Below the pieces are notes generated by a model, which did no database searches, had not been told where the DNA came from, and worked only from the letters and a program-made list of their open reading frames with translations. The translations under genes were made by a program, and so were the position numbers. Below, piece by piece: positions 31,701 to 46,700 of a stretch of DNA of 64,000 nucleotides. The first letter of the stretch is position 1. The number at the start of each line of letters is the position of its first letter. Location of the stretch: assembly GCA_963765205.1 (NCBI GenBank), contig CAVXVB010000007.1:160001-224000 (forward strand), read 5' to 3'. Source of the DNA: an uncultured Verrucomicrobiae bacterium (GTDB lineage Bacteria > Verrucomicrobiota > Verrucomicrobiia > Opitutales > JABDGR01).

Positions 31701-34700
31701 GCTGTCGGGGGCCGGCGGGCTGATCAAGACGGGGTCGGGCACCCTCGTGCTGGTCGGCAACCAAACTTACACCGGCGCGACGGCGATTCCCTTTGGCACT
31801 TTGCAACTGGGCAACAACACCGCGGGCCTCACGACCGTGTTGACCAGCACCTCGGGCATCAACGATGTTGGCAACCTTGCTTTTGACGAACCGGCGGGCA
31901 CGCTGACCCTCAGCACCCTGATTTCCGGCGGCGGCACCCTGGCGCAAATTGGCAACGTGGGTTCCACGCTCGTGTTCATCAATCCCAATGACGCCCTCAG
32001 CGGCGGCTGGACGGTCACCAACGGGGTCATTCAATTTGGCGACGGCACGCAGCCCAATGCGACCTTGAACACCACCCACACCACGCAGCCGGAGGGCACC
32101 CTGCACCATCACCTCCCCCGGGGTGGTGATATTCAACGATACGCAGTCCATCGTGAATGGGGCCCTGGCCAACACGGTGGTTACGACGTTTATCCAGGGC
32201 ACGGGCACTTTGGTGCAAAACGGCTACACGAACACCACGCTCGCCAATTTGACCACCGGCTCGGGAAGCACGGCGCTGACGTGGACGGCCAATGGGACGG
32301 GGAACACGACTTACGGCGGCATGTTGGGCAACAACATCTCGATTGCCTATGTGACGCCGGAAACGCCGAACTCACCGCTGAGCTTTACGCTGACGGGGAA
32401 TGCGTTGACCGTGAATTTGGCCACGAACGCCACCGGCACGGCGGCCAGCAATATTCTTGGCGGCACTTCCAATACGAGCACCGGCACCGGCGTTGACTAC
32501 AAGGCGGTCACGATTGGCTCGGCCGGGAACAACATCGCGGTGAATTATGTGGTGGCGGGCGACAACACGCCGGCATCCGTGGCGGTCAGTGGCAACACCA
32601 TCACCGTCAACCTGGCCACGAATGCGACGGGCGTGGTACTGCCGACCATGACGGCGGCCAACATTGCGGCGAACGTCAATGCGAATCCCGCGGCCGCCCT
32701 CTTGGTGACGGCGTCCAGCACCGGCACCGGTGTTCCCTCGGCCAATTTTTCGGGGACCTTGGGCCAGGCGACCGGCGGAAACAACACCCTGCAATCAGCG
32801 GGCGTGGACACGGTCTCCATCACCACCCCGGCGAACATCGCCAGCGCCTTCACGAATGGAACGGCGAACGCCACGGTCACGGGGATTCTGACGGTCGCCG
32901 GCACGGGCGCGGGCAACCTGAGCGCGCTGGCGGCCACCAATCTGGCCAACGGCGTGTCGCTCCCCGCCTCGCTGACGCTAACGAACAACAACACCATCAC
33001 CACGGTTTCCTTCAACTCCACGTCGGCGGCGGCGACGACGGCGCCGGGCGATTTGATTCTGGGCGGCTCGCTGGCCCTTGAAAACGCCAACATCACCGGC
33101 TACAACACGGGCGGGAACATCGGGAACCTCAACCTGAACGCCGTGAACGCGACCAATACGATTGCGAACGGCGGCTTGACGGCGGTGACGCTGGGCGGCC
33201 TCAACGGCAACAAGACGCTGGACATCTCGAACCTTACTTTCACGCTGGGCAACAACAACGTCAGCAGCACCTATGCCGGCATCCTTGCGAGCGCCACGGG
33301 TCCGGCCACGCTGGTCAAGACGGGCAACGGCACCCTCGTGCTGGTTAACAACAGCACCTTTAACACGTCCGCATCGGCCACGCCGCTGGGTTCGAACGTG
33401 ACGGTCAACAACGGGACGTTGCAACTGGGTAATGCCACGCTGCAAGGCATGGTGCCGGGCTCGATCCAAGTGCTCAGCCCGAACATCTCGAACGGGACCA
33501 TAGCCACGCTGACCCTGGCCGAGCCGCTGAACTTCACCTACGGCAACGTGGTCTTTGGCTCGGGCAATTTGACGCAGAACGGCAACACGCCGGCCACCCA
33601 GGCGGCGGGCACGACGGCGCTCACCAACGCCAACAGCAATATCACTTACACGGCCGTGGCCGCCGGCACGGCGGGCAACGCCTTCAACGTCAGCTATGTG
33701 AATCCGGGCACCCAGAACTCGCCGCTGAGCTTCACGGTCAACAGCACCAACCTGGTGGTGAGCCTGGCGACCTCCAACAACGGCGTGAATGCGAATGCCA
33801 CGACCAGCTTTGGCAACAATGAAGACCTGCTCTTCATGTCCGAAAAATCGGGCACGTCAAGCAACGGGATCACGGTCAGTTACGTGAACCCGGGAACTTT
33901 CCTGGCCGCGCCGACCATCGCCTCCGCCAATGCGACAAACGTGGTCGTGGACTTGGCGACGACGGCCGCCACCGCCGCCAACGCGACCATGAGCACGAAT
34001 CAGTTGAGCTTCACCGCCAAAGCGGCCGGGGCCCAAGGTGACAACATTCAGGTGGTGTTCGCCACGCCCTCGGGTGCGTCAGATACGGTCACGGTGTCAG
34101 GCAATATCATCACGGTGACGCCCAAGACCGGTGGCGACTCTCCCGCCAACATCGTCACCGCCCTTGGCAATGCGACGCTTTCGATTGCCCCGTCTTTGAT
34201 TACCGCGGCCGTGGGCTCCAATAGCACAGGCAACTTTACGACTTCGGAGGCCGCGACCACATTGGCCAACGGCACCAACCTCACGATCAATGCCACGACC
34301 AACACGGCGACGGCGATTGCAAACCTGATCAACAGCAATGCGACGGCCAATGCGGTGTTGACGGCGAACATTGCGCCAACCCAAACCGGTGCGGGCGATG
34401 TGACGACGCTGGGCACGTTCACGCTGGCGAACGGCGCCAACGCCTCGATTGCCTCGAACATGACGGCGGCGAACATCCTTGCGGCGGAATTGGCGAACAG
34501 CAGCGTCACCGGCAATGTGACGCCATCGTTGAGCGGCACAGGCGCCGGGCTGGTGACGGCGTTCGGTCCGATCACCCTGTCGGGCGCGACGGCCGCCATC
34601 GGGAACACATTAACTTTGACCGGGGCGAACACTTACACGGGCAATACCACGGTTTCACAGGGCACGCTGCAAATTGGCAATGGCACGGCGGGCAGCATCA

Positions 34701-37700
34701 GCCCCAACTCGAGCATCAGTCTGGCCTCGAGCACCAACCTGATCATTGACGAAGGCCCGACCATCACGTTGTCCAACCCCATCACCGGCGCGGGCAACGT
34801 GTTTATCCTGCAAACGAACCCCGTGACGCTGACCGCCACGAATTTCACCGGCGGAACTTACATTGGCCAGGGTGGCACCCTGGTGCTGGGCGGCAACACG
34901 GCCTTGGCGAACTCGACGCTCAACCTCATCCTCGGCAACTCCTCGGCGAATGGCGCGCTGAGTTTTGGGACGCTGACCAATGCAAGCATCGGCGAGCTGT
35001 CCGGCAACGAGAATTTGGTGCTGAGTTCGGGCTCCACTCCGCTGACGCTCACGTTGGGGAACAACACCAACGCGGCGGCGGCCATTTATACCGGCAATTT
35101 GAGCGGGTCGGTCGCCGGCACGAATTTGATCAAGACCGCCAACAGCCAGCCGCTGACCTTGGCGGGCACGCTCACCTTTAACGGCAACATCACGACCAAC
35201 GGCACCCTGACCCTGTCGGGCAATGTGCAAATTGGCGGCGGCATCAATGTCAACAACGGCACGCTGACGTTGTCCGGGCCGAATAACACCTACACGGGTG
35301 GAACGACGATCAACAGCACGGCGACGGCGCAATTCAACTCGGCGAGCAGCTTTGGCACGGGGCAAATCGTGGTGAATAATGGCACGCTGCAATGGAACGG
35401 GCCGAATGTGAGCGCCCCGAACCTGGACATTTCGTCGCACCTGACCAACGGCATCGCCACGGGGAACGTGACCTTGAACTTGGTGAACACGGGTGGGGTG
35501 GCGGAAAACGTGACGTTTAATTCGGCGATTGGCGGCAGCGGCAACCTGATCATCCAAGGATTTAATGGCACCAACGGCACCGCCGCCACCACCGGCGCGG
35601 CCAATGCCAGCATCACCTACTCGCTGCCGACCACGCTTTCGAATTTGGGGAACGGGATTCAGGTGGCCTTGGTTAATCCCGAAATCGCCAACTCGTCGCT
35701 GGGGGTATCGGTCGCCAACATTGCGGCGAACCTCGCCACGGGCAACACGGCCAGCAACAACGGCATCACCTACTCGGCCAACACGTCCACGGCCAGTGTG
35801 GCGGGGATTTTTGGCAACAATATCACCATTGCCTATGTGAACGGCAACGGCCTCAGCGTGCCGACGACGGCCTCGGTGACGGGCAACGTCATCACGGTCA
35901 CCCTGGGCACGGATGCGACGGGCAATCTCAGCGTGGCGAACACCACGGCGCAGAGCGTGATTAACGCCATCAACGCCAACAGCAGCGTGAAGGCCTTGGT
36001 CAACGCCTCGCTCACCACGGGTGACACGGGCGGCACGGGCTTGGTGATACCGCAGGCGGCGACGACCTTCACCGGCGGCGCGACGACCGTCAATGTGAGC
36101 CTGGCCACCAATACCTCGGGCACGTTAGCCAACACGACGCTGGGCACGTCGCAGCCGGACGCGGCGGTGACGTTCACGGCTCCGAAACAAGGCGCGGCCG
36201 CAGTGACCATTGCCTATGTGAACCCCGGCGTTGCCAATTCGACGCTGGGCGTGGCCAGCAACTCGACGGCCACCAACATTGTCATCAACCTGGCGACGGA
36301 TGCGAATGGCAACGTGACCACGACGGCGGCGCAGATAGCGAGTTTGATTGGCAATGCCACGGTGGCCAATGCCACTTTCAGCAACGGCACCGCGGTCAAC
36401 ACGGTGGTCTATGCGTCCCTACCGGCGACGGACAGTGTGGGCGGCGGCGTGGTGCCGGTGCAGTCGGCGACCTGGACGGCGGGCACCGCGGCGGGCATTA
36501 CTTCCAACGCAACGCAAGTCATCAGCGCGATTAACGGCAACACCAGCCTCATCGTGGCCAGCAACACGACCGGGAGCACGGGGGCGGGCCTGGTCACAGC
36601 GGCGAGCGCCAACCTAACCGGCGGCGTTAATGCCGGCGTGCTGACCCTGAACGCCGCGGACCCGAACCTGAACGGCCCGGTCAACATCACCAACGGCACC
36701 CTGTTGCTGGGCAACAACAATGCGCTGCAAAATGCGACCCTGAATTATGGGCCGGGCGCCGGCGTGCTCCAATTTGCGCCGGGCATTTTGTCGCCCAACA
36801 TCGGCACCGTGAATTTGACGGCGAACCTGCAGTTGACGACGACAGCCGGGCAATCCATCACGCTCATTGAAGGCGGGAACAACCAGACGACCACCTTTAC
36901 CGGAACTTTGAGCGGCACCACGGTCAACAATGTCGGCAACCTGACGAAGATTGGCACGGGCATTCTGTTCCTGGGGGCGAACAACACGTTTAACGGCACC
37001 ACGACGATCAGCGGCGGCGAAATCAACTTCTCGTTCGCCGGCAACTACACGACCTACACCCAAGGCGCCACGGCGACGAACTTCGGCTACCAGCCCAACA
37101 TCGTGCTGAGCGGTGGCGGGCTGCAATGGGGCGCGGGCGTGACGGTGGACCTTTCGCCCAACATCACCATCGGCGGCACCAACGCGCTCGACACCATTGA
37201 CACCAACGGCCAGAACGTGGCCCTGGCCTCGACCGGGTTCAGCGGCACGGGCGTCCTGGTCAAGGCCGGTGGCGGCACGCTGACGTTGACGCAGCCGGAA
37301 ACCTACAGCGGCGTGGCGAATGCCTCGCTCGGCCTGGGCACCACGATCATCACCGGCGGCGCGTTGCAATTGGGCAATGGCTCGACCTCCGGCATCGGCA
37401 GCGTGGCGACCGGCTCGAATATCACGGACAATGCCATATTGATCTACAACGAAGGCGTGAACACGACCGTGAACAACCTGATCACGGGCACGGGCGGGTT
37501 GGTGGAGAATGGAATCAACACGGGCCAGGCCTCGAACACCACGACCTTTGGCAGCCAGAAGGACTTGACCTTCACGGCGGTGGCCGGTGGGAATTTGACC
37601 TACAATATTTCCTACGTTGCGCCGACGGCGTTGGGCGCGACGCCGAGTGTCACTGTCAGCGGCGGCAGCAACATCACGGTGCATTTAGGCTCAGTGAGCG

Positions 37701-40700
37701 GGAACGCCAACCTGACCACGAATGTGGGCGCCAACGCGAACATCCTCTACACCGCGAAGACCACCGGCGGCGGCGGCAATAGCGACACCGTGACCTATGT
37801 GGCCGCGGGCAACAACACCCCGCTTTCCCTGGCGGTGAGTGGCAGCAACATCACCGTCAACCTGGCCACGAATGCCACGGGCGGCGTCACTTCGACGGCG
37901 AATCAGGTGCTGGCCGCCTTGGCCGCCAACACAAGCGTCACCGCTTTGGTGACGCCGACGATTGCCCCGGGGAATGACGGCACGGCCGTGGTGGCCGCCC
38001 TTTCGCAGACCCCCCTGGCGAACGGCACTTCCACCCCGACGGCGAACTCGACAGCGGAGCAGATCATGTTGTTGCTGCAGAACACGCCGGCGGCGACGAC
38101 GCTGATTAACGCGGTGCTGGCGAACGGCGAAAATGGGTCGGGGGTGTTGGCTACGACGGGGTCGCCCATCGTGGTGAGCGGCGGCAGCAGTTCGACCGCG
38201 GCCACGAGCTTGACGCTGAATGCCGCGAACACTTTCAACGGCACGACCAGCATCCAGGCGGGCACGCTGATTCTGGGCGTTCCGCTCGCGCTGCAAGACA
38301 GCACGCTTAATTATGTCACCACGGGGGGGGCGCTTTGAGCTTCGGCTCGCTTTCGGCGGCGACCCTGGGCGGCTTGACCGGCAATCAAAACCTGGCCTTG
38401 ACCAATGGGACCAGCGCGGCGGTGGCTTTGACGGTCGGCCAAAACAATGGTTCGACGGCTTATTCCGGCAACCTGACGGGCAGCGGCAGCTTGACCAAGT
38501 CCGGAACGGGCATCTTCACCCTCGGCGGGTCGGGCGACAGTTACTCCGGGGGCACGACGGTCACCGGCGGTCTGATCAACTTCAACGCCCTGGCGCAGTT
38601 TGGCTCCGGAGCGCTGGTGCTCAGCGGCGGTGGCGTGCAATACACGCTGGGCCTGACGGCGGACGTTTCGAGCCTCATCGGGGCGACGGGCCTGGGCGCG
38701 GGCAACGACACGATTGACACGAATGTCAACAACGAGACGTTTGGGACGGCGCTGGGCGGGGCCGGCACGCTGGTCAAGGCCGGCGCCGGCACGCTGTTCC
38801 TCTCGCGGCATGACACCTACACCGGCGGCACCATCATCACCAACGGCCTGATTGATTTCACCTCGGTGGCAAGCGGCTCGACCAACTTTGGCACGGGCGT
38901 CATCACGCTGGCCGGCGGCGGGTTGCAGTATTCGGTCGCCAGCACCGGCACGGACGTTTCGCCGAACATCACCCTGGGCACCGGCCTGGACACGATTGAC
39001 ACGAATGGCACGACGGAAACGTTTGCCACCTCCGTGCCGGGCACGGGCACTTTGGTGAAGGCCGGCGCCGGGACGTTAATTCTGGACGCGGTGGAAGGCT
39101 ACACGGGCGGCACCGTCATCAACGTGGGCACGCTGCAATTGGGGAATGGCGCGGTGAACGGCTCGATGAACGCCACGCTGCCGTCCTTCAGCAATATCCA
39201 GGACAACGCGGTCCTGAACTTTGACGAAGCCGGCTCGACGAGCTTTGGCGGCATCATCTCCGGCACGGGTAATCTGACCCAGGTGGCGGCGAACACGCTG
39301 ACCCTCACGGGCGCCAGCACCTTTGACGGCACGGCTTCGATTCTCTCCGGCGGCACGTTGACCCTGGGCATCAGCACCGCGCTGCAAAACGCGACGCTGT
39401 CATATACCACCACGGGCGGCGCCTTTAGCTTCGGCAGCCTGCCCAATGCGGCTTTGGGTGGCTTGAGCGGCAACCAGACCCTGCCGTTGACCAATAATGG
39501 CAGCGCGGCGGTGGCCTTGACGGTTGGCGCCAATGGCTTCAACACCACGTATAGCGGCATCCTGAGCGGCAGCGGCAGCCTGACCAAGATTGGGAACGGC
39601 ACCTTGACCCTCAATCCGACCGGGACGAATTCCTACGCCGGCAACACGACGGTTAATGGCGGCACGCTGGATCTGGCGAGCGCGGGGGCCTTGAGCAACG
39701 CCGGCACGAGTGCGCTCATCGTCAACAACGCCAGTGTGCTCAACGGTCTGGGCGGCGCCCTAAGCATCAACAACAACCAGACGTGGTCGGGCAATTTGAA
39801 CTACATTGGCAGCTTCACCTTTGGGAACGCCGCCACGCCAAGCACGTTGACCCTGGCGAGCAACTCCACGCTCAATCTTTCGGGCAATGTGCTGGTTTAT
39901 AACGTGAACCCGGCCAATGCCACCCTGGCGGGGGCGGCGGGCAACAATGTGAGCATCACCTATGTGAAGCCGGGCACGGCCAATTCGGCGGCCAGCCTGT
40001 CCGTCACGGGCAACGCGATCGTCATCAACCTGGCCACGGACGCCAACGACAATGTGAGTTCGACGGCCAACAGCATTCTCAATTTGATTGGCAATTCCTC
40101 GGTGACCAACGGCACCGCGGCGGGCAATCTCGTGACCGTGGCGCTGGGCGCGAACAGCACCGGCACCGGTTTGCTCAATGCGTCGGCCCTGGCCTCCCTC
40201 ACGGGCGGCAATGCCACCAGCAACGCGACGCTGACCAGCATTTTTGGGACGACGACGATTAATGACGCGATAGTGCAGACCGGGACGCCGGGCGAGACGC
40301 TGGCGGTCACCGGCGCGGGGAATTTGACCTTCGGGGGCAATGGCACGGCGGCGGCGAATCTCACTTCGAGCATCAACGCCCCGCACCTGTCGGTGACGGG
40401 CAATGAAGTCATCACCATTGGCACGGGGGCGGTGGTGAATGCGGGGGCGCCGAGCAACGCCACGAACCAAGGCTACAATGTGTTCGGCTTCAATCCGGGG
40501 GACAATGTCACGTTGACGCTGACCGGCAACGGCATCTTGAACAGCGGCAACGTGGAAGTGGGCTTGGGCAACACGGGCGCCCTGCAAGGCGTAATCAACT
40601 CGACGCTGAATATCGGCGGCACTTCGCAACTGACCGCGAACGACCTGTGGATCGGCGAGGGCAGCACGGGCGACTCGGTTTCCGACTTTACGACGGCGCT

Positions 40701-43700
40701 GGTCAATCAAACCGGGGGCACGGTGATTTTGACGGGGAACAGCGCCGGGGGCGGCGGGTTGCAATTGGGCGGCCAATTCTCCTATGTGCTCAGTTCGACC
40801 AACGTAACCTACAATTTCAGCGGCGGCAATTTGGAGACCACGTCGATCGTGGCGGCGAATGTCGGCACCACGGGCTCGGTGTTGTTTAACTTCAACGGCG
40901 GCATTTTGACGGCCCTGGCCAACAGCAGCATCGCGGGGGTTAATGGCGCCACCGCGAACACGACTTTCATTTCGGGCGGGGCCCTCGGGGTCAATTCGCT
41001 GGTGGACAACGCGGGCGGGGCGATCATCAACACGAACGGCTTTAACATCACGATTGCACAGAATTTGACGCACAACCTCACCTTGGGCTTAACGCTGGAC
41101 GGTGGTTTGACGAAGGTGGGCGCGGGCACCTTGACCTTCCCGATTACGCAGAACGACACTTACACGGGCAACACGACGCTGGGCAACGCCACCACGGTGG
41201 GCGGCACCTTGAATGTGTCGCAAGACAGCGCGCTGGGCGGCAATCCGAATGCGACGCTGATCTTTGGGAACACGGCCACGCTGCAACTTGGCTCGACCTT
41301 CACCCTTGGCCAGGGGCGCACGGTCAGCATCGGCAGCAGCCTCACCGGGATCATTGACACCCAGACTTACACCTTGAATTTCGGCGGCAACATTGTGGGG
41401 CATGGGAGCTTGGAAGAAACCGGCAGCGGGACGTTGAACCTGTTCGGGTTCAACACCTACAATGGGAGCACGATCATCAACTCCGGCACCCTGGAGCTCA
41501 ATTACGCCAGCCCCGGGGCGCCCTCGACGAACATGATCAATGGGACCTCGGCCTTGGTGCTGAATGGCGGAGGCACCCTCTTGCTCCAAGCCATCCCGGT
41601 GGCCCTGACCGACACGCAAAATTTCAGCAGCACGCAGATTAATGGCGGCACCGGCGTGGCCACGGTCACCATCAACGGTTCGGCGGCGGCGAGCGGCCCG
41701 ACGGTGAACCTTAACTTTGGCCCGATGTCGCGCACGACGGGCGGCGTGCTGGAACTCACGGAGGCGGGCAATGGTTCCTTGAACTTCCTGACCCCGTCGA
41801 GCGCCGGCCTGAATGCGCACGACATCACCGACAGCGATCATACACCGTTTGTGGTTTTAAGCACCGCGAACAACGGGGTGGACTGGGGCGCGTATGGCAA
41901 TGCCTCGACCACCGGGGCGCCCATTGTGCCCCTGAACCAAGTGAACGGCTACACGCTGATCACGTCCGCCGCCAATTTGAGCAATGTCAACTCGCCGACG
42001 GAAAGCGTCGCCCTGTCTTCGCCACTTCAAAAGTTCCAACTCTCCTCGAATGTGACGATGTCGGATATTTCCTACCTGACGCCGCAAAGCGTCAATCCGA
42101 TTATTGACATCAACCAGATCTATGCGATGGCCGTGGGCGGCGTGTTGGTCTCGAACGGCATCGGCAACGGTAACACCGCTGAAATCGCCGACGGCGCCAT
42201 AACCCCGGTGGCGGCGGGCGGCGACCTTCTCGTGGTCCAGGGTCAGCTTGGCGGCTCCAGCGGAGCCGGGCTAATCTTTACCAACACCATTCTTGCCAAT
42301 GTGGGCGGCCAGCCGACAAGTCTGGTAAAGATGGGGGTGGGCAACCTTGCAGTGGATGGCGGTCCGGGCTTCAACGGCTTTACCCCTTTCACCGGCAATA
42401 CCTACCTGGACCAAGGTTTCATCCAGTTGAGTCCGGTCAGCACTGAAAACGGCGCAAATGGCACGACGGTGAATTCCTTCCTGGAAAACAGTGAACTTAT
42501 CTTCCAGGGCGGCTCGCTTAATATTCCACTCAACCCCTCCGGCTTCGCCCAGGTTGGGGGTATTGCGGGCACGCAGAATATCGTCATCCTCAGCGATGGC
42601 ACGCTGGCACTCACGCCGCGCGCGGGGGTCAATGCGGTGTTGAGCGGAAACATCAACAGTCTGGCCAGCGCTGCGCAGTTTAGCCTAATCATGGCCGGCC
42701 CCGGCAGTGAAACGCTGAGCGGCAACAATTTCATTGAAGGCGGGATCATCACCCTCGAGGGCGGCACGCTCAAAATCGGCGGTGCGGCGATCTTTGGCAA
42801 CGGCACCACCAATACGGAGGACACGCTCTATCTCCAGGGTGGCAGCATTGACAGCCTCGGGTTTACGTCGGTGGTGAATAACACAACTCTCACCAACACC
42901 CTTAACCCCATACCAATTAGCTTCGTTGATCCGAATAACATCAATCCCAACGGCGCGGTGACCTATGTTGGTTCCACCACCGGGTTGACGCTGGGCTTGA
43001 ATGGCAACATAACCCTGGCCACCTCGTCGTCCTCGGCCACCAACACGATCACGGTAACCAATAACACCTTGACCTTGGCGGGGGTGATTGGCGGCAATTC
43101 GGAGATCGTCAAAGCCGGCCCCGGCGCGCTGCAATTGACGGGGAACAACGGGAACATCACCGGCGGGGTTTACTTTAATGGCAACATTCTCCTCACGGGC
43201 GGCAATCTGGTGGTGACGAACGACCTGCAATTGGGCTTGGTGCCCACGCTCACGGGCACGACGGCCTCCTCCGGCAACATCCTCATCGAGGGCGGCGCGC
43301 TCAATGCGAACTTTGCCATCAGCGGCAACCGCGTGATCGAGGTCGGCAACGCGACCCTGGGCAACGGCACGTTCAACGTGTCGACCAACACCTCGACCGT
43401 GGTGTCCGGGTATATTGAAGATGTGACGGGGAACACAGGCGGCATCCTCCAACTGGAGGGCAATGGCACCTTGGTGCTCAACGGCGGCGCGGCGAACACC
43501 TACACCGGGGGCACGGTTTTGAGCAGCGGCATCCTCAACATTATTTCGACGGCGTTGTCCACGGCGGGCACGGCGGACGGCGCGTTGGGCGCGGCGGCGG
43601 CGGGCGTCACCTTCACGGGCAATGCGACGTTGCAGGCCGGCACCACGACCGATCTGAATGCCGCCCGGTTGGTTACGGTTAGCCCGGGTGTCACGGGCAA

Positions 43701-46700
43701 CTTGAACACCAACGGCCAGGCTTTGAGCATCGAAGGCACGATTACCGGCACGTCCATCAACGCCAACCTCACCACCAGCTTTGGCACTTCCAACAGCAAT
43801 CTGATTTTGGCCGTCAACGGCACCAACGCCAGTCTGACCGGGGTGAATGCGACGGCGGGCGACAACGTCACCATCCAGTATGTGAAGGCCGCGAACGGCA
43901 CCGCGAGCACCACCGCCGCGGTGACGGGGAATGTGATTACGGTGACTTTGAGCGACACGGCCAACGGCGTCATCAATGCGACGGCGGCCAATGTCCTCGC
44001 GGCCATCAATGCGAACTCGAGTGTCGCCGCCTTGATCACGCCGAGCGAAACCTCGGGGAGCAACGGCAATGGCGTCGTGGCTTTGCTGGGCACTTCCAAT
44101 CTCTCCGGCGCGGTGTTGCCGGGCACGCTCAATGAAGCCGGCACGGGCATCCTGACCTTGAACGGCTCCAGCAATTTCACCGGGGGGCTGACCTTGAACG
44201 CGGGCACGCTGAACATCGGCAACGCGCAGGCGTTGGGCACGGGCACGCTGACCATCAATGGCGGCGCGTTTGACAACACCATCGGCGCGAACGCCAACAT
44301 CACCTATACGGCGGTCGCGTCCGGCGCGGGCGGCAACAGCATCAAAATCTCGTATGTCAACGGGGGCGCCAATAAAACCCTGGGCATTGATCCGGCTTCC
44401 AATGGGACGAACATCATTGTGGACTTGGGCACGAACTCCGAAGGCAGCGTGACTTCATCGGCCGCGCAGATTGTCAGCCTGATTGATAACACCGGGGCGT
44501 TCAGCAACCTCTCGCTCGTCAACACAGTGGTGCTGGCGCAGGATGCGGGCTCCGGCGCCGGCTTCGCCACCCCGATGGCGGCGACATCGCTGGCGGGCGG
44601 CGGGACGAACACGACGGCGGCCTTGACCACGGCCTTGGGGGTCAATGCCACCATGTCCGGCAATCCGCAGCTGCTCATCAACGGCAACTTCACCTATTTG
44701 GGGACGGCCACCAGCCTGAGCATGGGCTCGGGCAACGTCACGTTGAGCACCACGCCCAGCATCACGGTCAGCAACAATTCGCTGACCCTCGACGGCGTGA
44801 TCAGCGGGGCGGGCTTGGGCCTCACCAAGCTGGGGAATGGCACCTTGGTGCTGGGCGCGCAGAATACTTACAACGGCATTACCACGGTGGATGGCGGCAC
44901 GCTGGCCCTTGACTTCACGCAACCGGGCGCGCCGACGAACAATATTTTGAGCACGGCTTCGACCCTGGCGATGGGCGGCGGCGCCACGCTGGCCGTCATC
45001 GGCAATGGCACCGACACGCAAAGCGTGACGACGAACCCGCTGATTGGCGGCTCCAACCTCTCGCTGACGAATAACGCGACGGGGGTGCTGACCGTCAACT
45101 TGGGCACGATCACGCGCAGCCCCGGCGGCGCCGTCAACATTATCGCCCCGGGCATCGTGGACGACTTGGTGTTCGCGGCGAACACGACGAATTTCGCCGG
45201 CGCCAACGGCAACGGCATCAAGGTTGTTTTTGCCACGCCGACGGGTGCCAGCGACAATGTCACGGTGACCGGCTCCGGGAACAGCTCGACCATCACGGTG
45301 ACGCCGAAGGCGGGCGGGGACACTTTGGCCAACATCACGGCGGCGATTGAAGCCAGCGCCAACGCCACCGCGCTGGTGTCGGTGAGCAACGTGGGTCTGG
45401 GCAATGTCTCGACGACGGCCACCACCACGCTCAGTGGCGGCGCGGTGGGCGTGGCGGCGGGGAATACGACGGCTTTTGCGGCGGGTGACGTGGTCACGAC
45501 CGTCACCGGGTCGCAAGGCTTCCAGTTGGCCGACCCGAACACGGGGGCGCAGTTTGCCGTGGTTACGTTCCCGGTAAATTCCAACAACACCTTTGCCGGC
45601 ACGACGACGGACTTTGCGGCGATTGGCCCCGGCGGCACCATTGTGCCCTACAGCACGATTGGGACTTACTTTGGCGACAGCGCGGCGAACGCGACCTTGG
45701 TCGCCGTCGACGGCGAGCTGGCGCCGAGCGTGGGCAACCAACCGTTGATCAACACGGATATTCCCTCAACCTCGTCGGCCATCAATGTGACCAACAACTA
45801 CGCCATCAATTCGCTGCGCTTCAACCAGCCGAACGGGGCGCCGGGCAACGTCCTGAACATCAACGGCACCCTGGGCGTGAACGGCATCCTGGTCAGCGCG
45901 AATGTGGCGGGGGCGGGCGGGGCGGCACCGATCATCGGCGGGACGGGGAACCTGGAGGCGGCCAATCCGGGCGGTGAGCTGGCGATCTTCACCTATGGTA
46001 ATTTTGGCGCGGGAGTGTCGAGCCTGTTCATCAGCACGAACATCACCAATGACGTTCGCCGCGAGCAATCTGACCAAGGCGGGCACCGGGAACTTGAGCT
46101 TGAATGGCACGAACACCTTCACCGGCTCGTTCTATTCGGATGCGGGCAATGTGATCCTGAGCGCGCCGGGCGGCGGCACGAACAGCCTGGCGGCGGAAAA
46201 CGCGACCCTCAGCGTCAGCAACCAGGGCGGCTCTTTCCTGTTCGACTCCGCCATTCTCACGGCGAACATCGGCTCCCTGACGGGCAACGGCTCGGTGAAC
46301 CTGCAGGATATCGCCACGACCCCGAACGCGGTGACGCTCAATCTCGCGCCCTTGGCGAACACGAACAGCATCTTTAACGGCACGCTGACCGGCAACGGCG
46401 CGCTGACGATCAACGGTCCGGGCGAGCAAACCTTGTCCGGCACGAGCACTTACACGGGCGGGACGACGCTCACGGGCGGCACGCTGGCCATTGGCAGCGC
46501 GGGAGCCTTGGGCGGGGGCGGCTTGGTGATTAACGCGGGCAATCTGGACACCGTCGCGGGCAACACCACGGTGAGCCTGACGCCGGTCACCTTCGGCAAC
46601 CTCTACATCAACTTCCTCGGCACCGGCAACCTGGCCTTCGCCAACAGCAACAATCCGTTCCAGGTGGGCAACACCGACTTCAACGTCAACGTTGTCAAGA

